This document shows, piece after piece, positions 26,728 to 38,400 of a stretch of DNA of 64,000 nucleotides (position 1 is the stretch's first letter; each line of letters starts with the position of its first letter). The position numbers were made by a program, and so were the translations under genes. The notes beneath the pieces are model-generated. The model searched no databases. It saw nothing but the letters and a program-made list of their open reading frames with translations, and was not told where the DNA came from. Source of the stretch: Paragordius varius (lineage: Eukaryota > Animalia > Nematomorpha); the NCBI GenBank assembly GCA_964247055.1, contig OZ176054.1, positions 10,354,001-10,418,000 on the forward strand, written 5' to 3'.

Positions 26728-27120
26728 CCATTTACAGTTCATATTCACCCTTAAACAATTCAAATTCACCCTTGAACAATTCAAATTCACCCTTGAACAA
26801 TTCAAATTCACCTTTGAACAATTCAAATTCACCCTAAAAATAAATTATGTGTTTTCGAACTAATATAACTCATTATTAATATGAAATATAAGTTTATGGT
26901 GTAGTTTATTATTTTTTCAGTATTAATTTAATTTAAAACAAAATTTTAATTTTTAAAAAAATATATAAAATATAGGTATTTTTTAATCTTAAAAAGCATA
27001 TATACTTATTTGAGGGTGAATTTGAATTGTTCGAGGGTGAATTTAAATTGTTCAAGGGTGAATTTGAATTGTTCAAGGGTGAATTTGAATTGTTTAAGGG
27101 TGAAATTGAATTGTAAATGG
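26728..27120. mobile_element. Foldback-type MITE with TIR CCATTTAC, TA flanks and subterminal 21-bp tandem repeats (AAATTCACCCTTGAACAATTC)
   Basis: Both ends are inverted copies with 4-5 tandem 21-mers each. Related copies at 3607-~5570 (split by the LINE), ~6350-6600, ~12530-12610, ~28320-28550, ~46840-47060, ~49905-50191. Confidence 0.8.
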
Positions 27121-27717
27121 TATATTATAATAAAATAAATTATTATATATTCAGCTTAAGTGATTTTACTTATAGGTTCTAACCGTAAATAAAAAATTAA
27201 ATATTTAATAAAATGCGATTTCTTATATTTTATATATTTAAGGAATTGATTATAGTTAAAGCAAATATTATTTCAAAAATAAACTTAAAAAAATTAATAA
27301 TTCTATTCGAATATAATACATAATGAAAGTATCATAAGCCCAATGGACCACTCCTCTACCTTACTAATGATAACCTTTTTTATTCTTTAAGTTCAGGCGT
27401 TTAGTAATAATTTATTATTAATTAGTCCTTCACACAAACTTATACTTTGTAGATTAATTGCATAATGAGTCAAAAATATAAAAAAATAAAATTATTTGTA
27501 TTTTTTAAATAATTTTTAAGATTTTCATATAATATTATATATATATTATTGGAGATAAATGGATTTTTTATATATTTCCATAAAAATTTAATAGGGCTCA
27601 GATGCGGATTTCCCATGACTGAAGACATAAATTTTAAAAATTCTACATTATTAAAATAATTTATTAAAATAAATAATAAATTTATTAAATGATGTTCTAT
27701 GATGGCTTTTGACCATT

Positions 27718-28545
27718 CTATTTAGCTGGCAATGCAATTTTACCTATACAATGAAAAAAAAATTAGTTATATTTTTTTAACTTTTAAGATTTGTGGGCTT
27801 ATTGAGTTGAGGTGTATCGGTTAATTCTTCCATGTTTGGAACATCAGGTAACTATAAAAATATGAATGATATTTTAACATTATTTGTATATATTTTAGCA
27901 AAAACTAATTATCAATCTTAAGGAAATTAATAAACATTTAAGCTTATTTGTCGTCCTTACTTATATATTAATTAGTTAAGGGTTATTAGTATAATTAATC
28001 ATTAATAAAACTAAATTTTACATTTTGAAATTATTTATCTTATCCGTAACAAATCTTTTTTGCATAGTTTAATATATCTACCCTAAAATTCTAATGTCAA
28101 AACAATAAGCTAAGAAAATACGTTTAAAACATATTTTATAAATTTGTGGGAACGACAAAGTTTGTATTAAACATAGGCATCGCCAAATTAATTAAAAAAA
28201 TAGATCAAATGAAGTTAAACAAAATAACATACATTAAATATTTAAATATACAATTATGTATAATTGATAACGTAAGAAACTGTAACAGTATAGCGCATGT
28301 GGCATAATATACTATTTAAAGTTCAAATTCACTCTCGAACAATTCAAAATCACCCTAAAAATTATGTGTTTTCGAACTAATAAAACTCATTATTAATATG
28401 GATTATATCTTTAAGGCATAATTTATTTTTTCAATATTATTTTAATTTAAAACATTTTATTTTTTAAAAATATATGAAAATATAGGTAATTAATTGTAAA
28501 AAACATATAATTTTGAGGGTGAAGTATTGTTCGAGGGTGAATTTG

Positions 28546-28576
<31 letters not shown>

Positions 28577-31500
28577 AACATTACCAAAATAATGACGATA
28601 AAAAATTAGGAAAATATGAAATTCAAGTAATTTCAAAATATTAAGTATTCTTCGGAGAATTAAAAAAATAAAAAAAAATTGGTTAACGTGGACTAAAATT
28701 ATTTTATAATGGCTAAGATATCTACCAAACCAAAGCACTGATGGTTAACTTAAAAATTTATTGCAATCTATGACAACATACTCATGAAGTTGTGAATTCG
28801 TGGCAACATCAATAGAATACAGATTAAATTGCAATAACTGTCAGGCTAAATACATTGGATAGTGTAAAAGAGAAATTAGGGTTCAAAGACTGTATAAGAT
28901 ATAAAAATACAGCCATATTTTTACATTGTTTGGAGATAACCAACAGTGCGCTTATCAGGTAATCTTAGCCATTAAAAAAGATTAATCCAAGTTAACAAAA
29001 AACTCCTTAGTTATTTCTACTAAATAGGCGCAAAACGAGAATACACTCACAAATTTTGAAACCACATCATATGGAAACCTTTATGTAATAATTAAATTAC
29101 TTGTATTTTTATACTTCATTATTTAGGTAATTTTAAAATAATCATGCGCCATACTTTATTGACGGCTTCTTTTGTAATAAAAATTTATCATTAATTTTTT
29201 GTTCAATTTAATTAATTTTGTTCCAACTTTAAGTTGTTTTCAAAAACAACAGACGATGACAGGCTGCCAAAATATAAAATTTTAATAAATTTATTTTCGT
29301 TTTATCTTATCACTTCGTATAGACAAATATTTTAAAAAAGTTTAGGGCAAAAGAAATTATTAAAAAATTATTCTCTAAAACTATTACTTTAAGGGCATGT
29401 TGCATTTCTTCATCAATTAATTGGTTATATTCATGCATGACATCCTCTTCGTCTTGTTGACTTATGTTTGGAGAAATTATAGCTTGAATCTCCTAAAAAA
29501 GCATATATGATATATATATATATATAGACTAGTTCTGTCCAAAATTTTGTTTAATTTCGTTTTCTATGGCTTGTGGGTGGTTTTAGTGTTTAAAGAACTT
29601 TTATGGTGTTTGTTAGGTTCATTGATCCTTCCAGGCTTTCTTTCCATATTTTAATTACTTTTTTGATGATTAGTTATTATCTCATTCATATTGTTTCTAA
29701 TAAATTTAGTCTTTAATATTTTGTTAGTTTAAAAATTTATGTTCTTTATGGATTTGAAGATTTTATGTTTAATTTGATCGTCAAGTTTAGTAGCAAGTTT
29801 TAAACAATTTTCGTCAATAGTTTTCCAATTTTTGTTTTGGAAGTGAATTTAACAGTCACATTGGTATTAATGAAAACGATATCAGGGGGGGGGGGGGGGA
29901 GTGCAAGGCGGAAACGGCTATGAGGGTGCTGACCATATGGGTGAACAGATGTTGGAATATTGCCATGCAAATTAATCATAACTCACGACTTTTCAAACAA
30001 CAAATTCCTAACCATGTGAGGGATTACATCCTTTTTCCTAAAATAAAACAGCCACAATTAGTTAACAACAAGACTCACCAAACAAGCTTCACACCACACA
30101 AAATCCTGATTGCAGTCTTGAAAAAATTAAAACAAACGTAAACCCTTATACCAAAACCATAGCAAACTGCAAAATTAAACAATCAGAACAAACTACATCA
30201 GCCAAACATTCGAAAAGCTCCAACAAAATATTGAAATCATGGGTTCAAAATGGAATAACTAACTAAAGTTAAAACAGCAGATAACATTTGTGGGTGGGGA
30301 TGCAAGCCATACATCAAAAAAACAAAAATTCGGTAGTGGAAAAAAGAATTGAAAGAGGTTACAAAAGAAAAAAATGACGCCTCCAAGGCATTGAAAAGGG
30401 ATAGCAATGATAAAAACAGATAAACATTCTTGATAGCAAAACACAAAGCGTAGAAAGAATTAGAAAAACTATAAACGAAAATTGCCTAAAACTGGCCACT
30501 AAACTTGAGGAACAAATTAAAAATAAAAAAATATTTAAATACATAAAGAACATAATTCAAAAAGACAAGATATCATTAAGACAAAATGTATTAAAAACAA
30601 TATGAATGAGATAATAACTAACCCAGAAAAAGTAATTAAGATATGGAAAGAAAGCCTGGAAGGATCAATGAACGAAATAAACACTTTAAAAATTCCTAAC
30701 ACTAAAACTACGCACAAGCGGACCCATGCACGTAATTACAGAAAACGAAGTATTGAACCAATGCAAAAAATGAAACCAAACAAATCGTCAAGCGAAATAT
30801 CACATGATCTTCTTAAACCAATATTATGCTTTACAAAATACCTTACAACTTTCTTCAGTGAAATTATTACTAAACGTGAAATTCCTCATGATTTGAATAA
30901 AGGTATAACTATCCCTATAAACAAAAATAAGGGGAGCTGTCTCGTCTGCCCCCCCCCCCTAAAAACTTCTAGAACACACTTTCAAAATATGCATCATTGA
31001 TCGAATTACAAACTATTATAATAACAAATAATCAGTTTGCATTCCCTAAAGAACATGACCTACAGATGCCATATTCATAATCAGGTAACAGCAGGAATAA
31101 TGTAATACTTTTCAAAAAATCAGATATTTCCCTAGAGCAATCAAATGGGCCATACGACAAAATTATATTAAAAGGAATTATTACTACTTTTCTATGAAAA
31201 TACAACCACAATAGTACACAGGCAAATAGGAGACACGGAACCTTTTCAAACAAACACTAGCCTACACCAAGGGTCTGTACTTAGTCCGTTACTATTAATA
31301 ATAATATTAGACTGTATCACAAAAAACATATCTACCCAACCGTCCAGGGAGTTAATTTTCGCGGATGACATCGTTTTAACAGACACTTCACTTGAAAATA
31401 TGTCAAATAAATTTAGGACATGAAAAATTTGCCTTGAAAGCCATAGGCTAAAAATGTATCTAATAATAATAAATGGCTAATATACAGAGCAGGAGTTAAG

Positions 31501-34483
31501 GTTCTTATTTATGACACCGAAACTTTGCCCCTAAATAAAACAAATCTTGACAAAATGCTATATACGGAAAACAAAATACCTGAGATTGTTGTTCTGACAA
31601 CAATATCTATTTTAATCACAAAAATGACGTAGAAAAGTCAAAATAAGCAGATTTTAATACTTGGGTCACTTGAGAGAAGACAAACCGACAATCCACTCCA
31701 AACCATTAAACGCATACAACCCTCTGGAAACGAAACAACCGCAAAGAAGGCCCGACACACTCCTGGAAAGACTATAAAATTTGTCATAAAAATATTTAAA
31801 CTCATCTTTACCAAATGTGTAAAGGTGCTATGGAATAAGATGGTTTGTGGAAACCTAAAATGATATCAAAAGTTTCTGGTATTAAGTATATATAACATAT
31901 ACCGTCATTATTTTTTGCAAGTGTTTGGAATATTTTCATTAAAATTATATATAATCTTAATCATATATATTTCGCTAACAAGGTAAAAATATTAACACTA
32001 AAAGAGATGCTTTAATTCCCAAAATTCATAACATAATGAGTAACTATTATCGTTTAAAATAAGGTTAAATATTTGCTTCCCATCCATGTCTCAAATTCAA
32101 AATACGTATTTTTAAATGTAAGATTAATTTTAGCGCAATTATTTCATCATCATCATCATCAAGTTGTTGTTTCTCCAGTTTGTGCTAGCTTGCAAATTCT
32201 TGAGCGAAGCTTGCGATCGTGACAATCGTCTTTGTTCAGTTGAGTTAAGTGTAAGTCATGGTTGAGTGTTTTTTCCCAATCATGGTATGGTCTGCCTTGT
32301 TTTAAATTGCCGTTCGGATAAAAGGATCTAATTTTGTTAATCCAACTATTTGAGCGTTCAATGTGGCCCCAGTATCTGAGACGATTTGCCCTGAGAAAAG
32401 AAGACATAGGTGCGATATGAAACAGACTATGTATGCTTTTATTATTATTTGTTTTATCATTGTGGTACTGATTGGTAAAACATGATTTTCATTAGTTTGA
32501 TTTAAGGGCCAACATTCGCTAGCATATGTTAGGGCAGGGCGAATGGCAATCGTGTAGATTTTGCCCTTGTTTGGGTTTGAAATGTGTTTAAGTGTCATTA
32601 TCTACTTGAGTTTATGAAATTTGGCCCAAGCCTGATGTGTCCGTGTTGTTATGGCGTTTTTAATATTCATATCAGCTGCTATTGTGTCACCTAGGTAATT
32701 GTACTACTATCTCGATGTTTATAGATGGGAAGTAGGTATTTTGTGTGGGATTGTTTGGGTTTATATCTGGTGTTGTACAAGCTTTACATACGAAATTTTC
32801 AATGCCCAATAAACTTCCTTTAATTTGTAAGCACTTTTTATGGACCCATAGCTGAATGGGGCATGGGAATTTTATTACAGGTACAGGTGAGCCTGTTATT
32901 AAAGCCCTTGTCTTATCTGTGTAAATTTTGAGGCCAAATTTTTCTAACGTAGATTTCTAGAGGTTATATTTATTGATAATGGCTGTTTCGCTATTGGCTG
33001 TTAGTATTATGTCGTCAGCGTACATCATCTCGAAAGTTAAACCTGTTTTTATATTATCAGTTATTACATCCATAATAATGATAAATAGTAATGGACTGAG
33101 GATGGAGCCCTGGTGTAGTCCGACAGTTACTGGAAATTGATTGGTATCACCCACGGGAGTTCTCACGCAACTATTGGTGTTCTCATATAGTAAGCTTATT
33201 ATCCATTCCGGAATTTCATAAATTAATAACAGTGTATCTAAGTTTGCAAAAGATTGCCGTTTTTAAAAGGCATTGTTAAGTAAAGTCTAAAGCAAGGATG
33301 TCCACACAAATGCATTCACGGCCCGCTTCTTAAACTCAAAAAACCTGGCGAGTCGCATACAATATAACAGATGGACATTAATAAATATAATATTCTATTT
33401 AAATTATGCGACTGAAATATATATATATATATATGTTATATATAAAGATTTGCCATAAAATTAAAACTTATCTTGAATAAAAAAAATATATATCTAGTTA
33501 CCTTTACGATTCTCGTTCATAAAAAATTAAATGATTGATAATTATTGCCTCAAAGAACTCATAGTAACTAACGATTTACGTAATTTTCAATATGTTTTAG
33601 GCCGTAAAAAATGAATCTTTAGATTACTATTTTATAGTGTACACTTTGTTCGATGAATTGATCCATATATACATCTTGTTAAATTTTTAAACGCTTGCCA
33701 TATATTAAATGTTTGCAAATTTTCGTTGTAAAAAACTTTTCATACCATAGTAATAATAATATTGTAAAACCTTTTTACTCTAAAAAAATTTTATTTTCAA
33801 TTTAAATTAATTGGGAAACAAGTTTATGCGGTTATTTTGAAAGATTTTGAATATGAACTAATCTGATCACCTGATGTGAAATAGTTTAACCATAAACACT
33901 TTTAATTTTAAAAGCTTAACCAGATTTGTTTGATGTAAAAGCAAGTCAATACGTTATTATATACCTTTTGATAATCTGCCGATTCTTTTGTTTCTTCCAT
34001 TATTTTTTCGATTTGGTCCAATGAAAATAGCTATTTTATGGATTAATAATATACTTTATTCAATTCTTTAAGGCATTGGTTACCAGTTTCTAAACTGTGG
34101 ACAACATCCATTTGAATCTCAGAAAATTCCACATTGTGTATCTTAAATAATTAATATTGAAAAATACAATCGTTTCAATATTTTCCACAAGTTTTTCTGT
34201 TCTATCTATTAAATTTTCCTTAAATCTTTTTTTCCGTAACAGCAATATCGCTTTACTTTTAATAAAAAAAAATTTACTCTCTCCTATCTTGGGCCAAAAG
34301 TTGTCGTGCTAAATTTTTTTCCCTATCTATATCCATGTACAAACGTTTTTGATATTGGTAAAGTTTATCTCTTTGTTGTTTCATTTGCTTTAATTTATTA
34401 TATATGCGTTATACCAATATTATAACATCATTCTTGGTAATTTTATTAGGGTTATGTCCAGATCTTCCAAATAAATTTCCCAT
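27718..34483 (-). CDS. CHMP6: Charged multivesicular body protein 6 / Vps20 (ESCRT-III), 206 aa
   Basis: Exons (minus): 34415-34483, 34278-34387, 34168-34255, 34055-34141, 33965-34030, 29388-29492, 27782-27851, 27718-27743 (TAG); 621 nt total. Translation MGNLFGR..ITKNDVIIL|QMKQQRDKLYQYQKR..REKNLARQLL..|KAILLLRKKRF..LIDRTE..|..EFSEIQMDVV..LETGNQCL..|..IEKIMEETKESADYQK|..QQDEEDVMHEY..|LPDVP. Includes the N-myristoylation motif MGNLFG. Confidence 0.93.
27744..27781 (-). other. CHMP6 intron 7, 38 nt
   Basis: GT...TAG with T-rich 3' end; phase 1; joins NLK S KIALPAK*. Confidence 0.6.
28815..28945 (+). mobile_element. Penelope-like element remnant (GIY-YIG endonuclease fragment) in CHMP6 intron 6
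   Basis: Translation YRLNCNNCQAKYIG*CKREIRV and downstream AIFLHCLE resemble the PLE Y.I.C..C...YIG.T.R...R..EH / SA...H motifs. Confidence 0.55.
29531..29845 (-). mobile_element. Diverged fragment of the same LINE family, inverted relative to the 29900-31860 copy
   Basis: Reverse complement aligns to ~30440-30740 (shared block AGTAATTAARATATGGAAAGAAAGCCTGGAAGGATCAATGAA). Confidence 0.75.
29900..31860 (+). mobile_element. Degenerate RTE-like LINE (EN C-terminus + RT) in CHMP6 intron 5
   Basis: Fragments GEQMLEYC, ITIPINKNKG, KLLEHTFK, LHQGSVLSPLL, FADDIV, LGHLERR; multiple frameshifts. Confidence 0.8.
32146..33210 (-). mobile_element. 5'-truncated RTE-like LINE with partly deleted PHD-like finger, (GAT)n tail
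   Basis: VGLHQGSILSPLLF, MYADDII, WVHKKC..FVCKAC, LRYWGHIERS, GRPYHDW; tail reads (CAT)n on + at 32146-32160. Confidence 0.85.
34031..34054 (-). other. CHMP6 intron 4, 24 nt
   Basis: gtatattattaatccataaaatag; contains in-frame TAA; joins ELNK|LFSLDQ. Confidence 0.85.
34142..34167 (-). other. CHMP6 intron 3, 26 nt
   Basis: gtatttttcaatattaattatttaag; phase 0; removal restores the frame (IETI|IHNVEF). Confidence 0.85.
34256..34277 (-). other. CHMP6 intron 2, 22 nt
   Basis: gtaaatttttttttattaaaag; phase 2; removal restores the frame (DRRD KAILLL). Confidence 0.85.
34388..34414 (-). other. CHMP6 intron 1, 27 nt
   Basis: gtataacgcatatataataaattaaag; contains in-frame TAA, so it must be removed to join IIL|QMKQQRD. 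Confidence 0.85.
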
Positions 34484-34569
34484 CCATAAATCAAATGTTT
34501 TGCTCTTTTCATATTAGGCTCACAAATTTGTCTTATATAACCTAACCTTAACGTGATTAATCTTATTGT

Positions 34570-34641
34570 GGGGATGTAGCTCAGTGGTAGAGCGTCCGCT
34601 TCGCATGCGGAATGTCATGGGTTCAAACCCCATCATCTCCA
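34570..34641 (+). tRNA. tRNA-Ala(CGC): tRNA-Ala, anticodon CGC
   Basis: Full cloverleaf: acceptor GGGGATG/CATCTCC with the G3:U70 alanine determinant, D arm GCTC/GAGC, anticodon stem TCCGC/GCGGA with CGC at 34602-34604, T arm ATGGG-TTCAAAC-CCCAT. Discriminator A, then a T6 Pol III terminator. Confidence 0.93.
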
Positions 34642-35476
34642 ATTTTTTATTATTTTTTTGTACCCTTCTTGGGATTTCTTTAATTTTTACCCATATTTCC
34701 CATAGTATTTACAGTAAGAACCCAATTTTTAAACCTTTTTTGGGCATAGAGATTTTAGATGAATAGGTTTCGTTTCCAAATGGTGCCTTTTAAAATATAC
34801 AAATTGTGATTTAGGCGAACAAAAAGCCAGGAATATTTTTAGTTTTCCGAAAAATCTAACCAAATGGAATTGGGAACAACATTATATAAGGTTAATAGTA
34901 GTGATAGCGTGATTATTTATTAGGCACGGCGTCGAACTCGTGCAGTGTTCAATTGCCGAATTTCGATCCTAATACTGAGCTCCATAATGAAACTATGCCT
35001 TGGCACTGTGTAAAATTTTCATGGGCCCTTAGTCCAAATTTAGTCTTTTCCTCTCAATAAAATAGGAAAAATAAAAACAGTGGTTGTCATCAGAGAATTT
35101 TGACGGATCGAATAAAATATTTTTTGGCCTAAGAGGTAAGCAATAGTTAGGATGCCATTTTCTGAAGTACAGTTACTACGAAATTGGTGAATCTCTATTA
35201 CAGATTTAAGAGCTCTCTTCGTTAATTATATTTTTCATCGTTTTATTCAATTTTTATAAAGTATAAGCCATAACGTTTTCAATTCTTACTTCGTAAACAA
35301 AGATTTTCAACCTGGTGTAAAAAATAAGAAGCCGTGAATATTTATCTTTGCATTTTACCACTTGCTAGAAAATTAACTTAATAATTTAATAATTATTGTG
35401 TGGTTTACTTAACTGAATAGGCAAATTTTTATAGACAGAATATATTATTGTGCTCACAAGTTAAAAATTATTACAG

Positions 35477-38400
35477 GTATTGCAGCGGAATTATTATGAG
35501 TATAAATGTATATGTCCGTTTGAATTTTTAATTTGGCTTAGAAATGTGCGCTTTAATCTTTGTGCATTAAAACTCGGTAGGTAGTGTCTTTATGGGAGAA
35601 TGTATAGTTATCGTCACCTAACTATGGATTTGGAACATTAAAATCGGCATATAGTCCGGACTATTATATATCCGATGGGGTAAGCTTTATTTCAATCTAT
35701 TTTTTTATTAGTTGTGTTGCTAAAATACTTCATTTACCAAACAACACTATGATTTTCGATTACAGCGAAAAAACACCGTCAATTAAATTTTTTAGGCTAT
35801 GATCGAGAAAAAATTTAACTACAAAAGTTTTTTTACAAAATAGATCAATAATATATTTATTTTTAATTGTTTACATTGTGCAGATGATTCGCTCTACAGC
35901 AGTGATTCAACTCTTTTTTAAGCCCTGCCAAATTAAAAAATTGTGCACCCCTCGCCCACCCCAACCCTCACCTTCAACAAACAAAAATAAAAATGCAATA
36001 TTTGAAAATATGCATGAATGTTTTGCATAATTAATTTAAATCCATTCTTATAATACATTTGTATTTTTAGTATTTTAACTCTATTTTATTTTTTTATATT
36101 ATAATATTTAGTCAACAAGAGAAGGGACAAAATAATTAGATACAATATGTGTGAATTTAACAATCTAACAATTTAATTATTTCCCAATACTATAATTTTA
36201 TAATTTAAATTAAAAAATATTAAATAAACCAATTATCAATTAGTAAACATTAGATTTATTAACATAAATTTTAAGTCGTTTCTCCAAAATTTTCGCGCCC
36301 CTCACAGGATTTCTACGGCCCATTAGGGGGCGTCATCCCCTCTTTTGGGAACTAAGTACCCTTTTTAAAATACTCTCATGTTTTCTTGCTAAGATATTTC
36401 TAATCAGGTAATTGATGGCAATTTATTAAAACTTTTAAAGAAGTTTGATTCACTTTCCCTATTGTCAATAATGAATTCAAATCATAACAATTAAGAAATA
36501 TGAAGAAATCTAATCATTGGCGAACTTCATGAATTATTATGGGTGGAGAAGTCAACATAAATACATAGTAATTATTTAATTATTTGAAGGTAATCATGCA
36601 TTTATAATAATGTGACTAGATAGGCTGTTTTTCGCAGTACAGTACTGGATTTTCGGAAAAAAATTGCGCCTGCTTTTTGAAATTAAAAAAATTAACTATT
36701 TATGAATATATATTAATAACCTTTTATTTCTTGAAAAAATTATTTTAGAAGTTGATATAGTACCCTCTGTAAAAATAAACCCATAATTTGTAAAGAAATT
36801 ATTCATTTTGCGCTAAAATAAAATTGGCCTATATTTAATTGGTTAATATTTTATTTTCTGCTTAAACCGCTTATGATTGCAGCCTTTTGCGGAGTGGCGA
36901 TACTATAATTCTCGGACTGCACACCGTAAGATTCAGGCTAATGGCTCTTTCACTCAGGGCTGCCGCAAAAAAGAGGTGCCTCAAAATTAAAATTAACAAA
37001 ATTAATTTATGATATTTTAATGAATGTTTGATCAAGTTCAGAAAATTCATTTTTCGTTATAATTACACTAGACAAAAATATTTGACTTTTTTTAACTGCC
37101 ATCCTTTTAAATTTTTATTTCATCAAACATTATATCTGTAAAAAAGTTGTAAGAATTTTTTTTATTTGGGTTTATCAATAATTATTGGCCCCGATTTAAA
37201 ATTAAACTCAAATTTTTAAAATTAAACTCGAATTATGAAAAATTAAAAGTTTATATATAGAGCCACGTATTTTATATGATTCAAAAGAGCGCGAATATAT
37301 GGTCAAAATTTTCAACCATTTAAATAAGTCAAAAATTTTCACAGACAAATTTAATCATATAAATTATTTTAATTTTATTAATGTTACATTATTAAAAAAA
37401 CAAATAAATCTTTAAAAAAGCTTTTAGTCTGCTTTTTAAATAAAAAATTATTATTATTAAAATATTTTACATAGATACTAAAATGCATAGTTACAACTGT
37501 AAATTTATTACATGGCTTTAAAAGATCAAGAATACCTTAAACTTTGTTAGTCCTTGGAATATGAAATTATAAGCCTCCTAAAGAAAATAAATTAATATTG
37601 ATGAGATGGTGATTTAAAAAAAACAAAAAATTTAAATATGGCTGTTTTGAATGTTATAATCAAAAAAAAATCTTGTTATCTTTTTGGGCATTCATTGCCA
37701 TATTGACAAATTTAAGCTATTTTTATCGATTATTAAAAATAAATTACGAAAAATGCTATCGCTTCCTATGTCGAATATTCACTATCGATGAACATATTGG
37801 TATGCATAGAGCATTCATTACTCTTCTAAAATGATATATTACAATTGGGCATTGGTTTATATTCAAAGAAAAACATTTTTTCAGCAAAATTATGATATAG
37901 ATGGCGCAAAATCATATGATTAAAAACAAACAATGTATTATTTATATTTTTATTTCAGATTTAATGTTAGTGATAGTAAATATCTGAATATGCAAAAAAA
38001 ATTGTTGTCTAGTGTCAAAAAAATTTAAAAAATTGTTATTCCCTTAACTATTATTTATAATTTATATATGGCATATCATTTCGAAATAACCTTTTTTTCG
38101 TTTACTATACTCATTAAATGAGTGGTATAATATTACTTATTTTTTTCCCAAACTTTAATTTTTATTAGTTTCTTATTTTTTTGCAAAAAATTGACATATT
38201 TTGTTGAAGCGAACGGAAGCAGTAAAAAACAATCTTTATTTAATGTAAATTTAAAAACGGAAGAATATTTAATAAGAAAATCTGAGTGAGAAATTAGCAC
38301 TATCGAATTATTATATATATCTCAACCGGTAATGTCGTTTCCATCATGACAAAATAGAATGAACTATGCTTCAACAAAATTTTCTAATTGAATTTTTGAA

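Noticed and set aside
29885-30960. G-run and C-run as TIRs capturing a LINE fragment
   Set aside because: The C-run sits inside the RT frame where NYRP is expected (CLVC..IKLLEH), so it is best explained as local deletion and slippage; flanks are not otherwise complementary.
34566-34766. 66-aa ORF
   Set aside because: Merely reads through the tRNA-Ala gene.
35136-35150. 15-nt GT-AG intron and a gene starting at ~34.8 kb
   Set aside because: No consistent frame or homology; such short GT-AG pairs arise by chance in AT-rich DNA.
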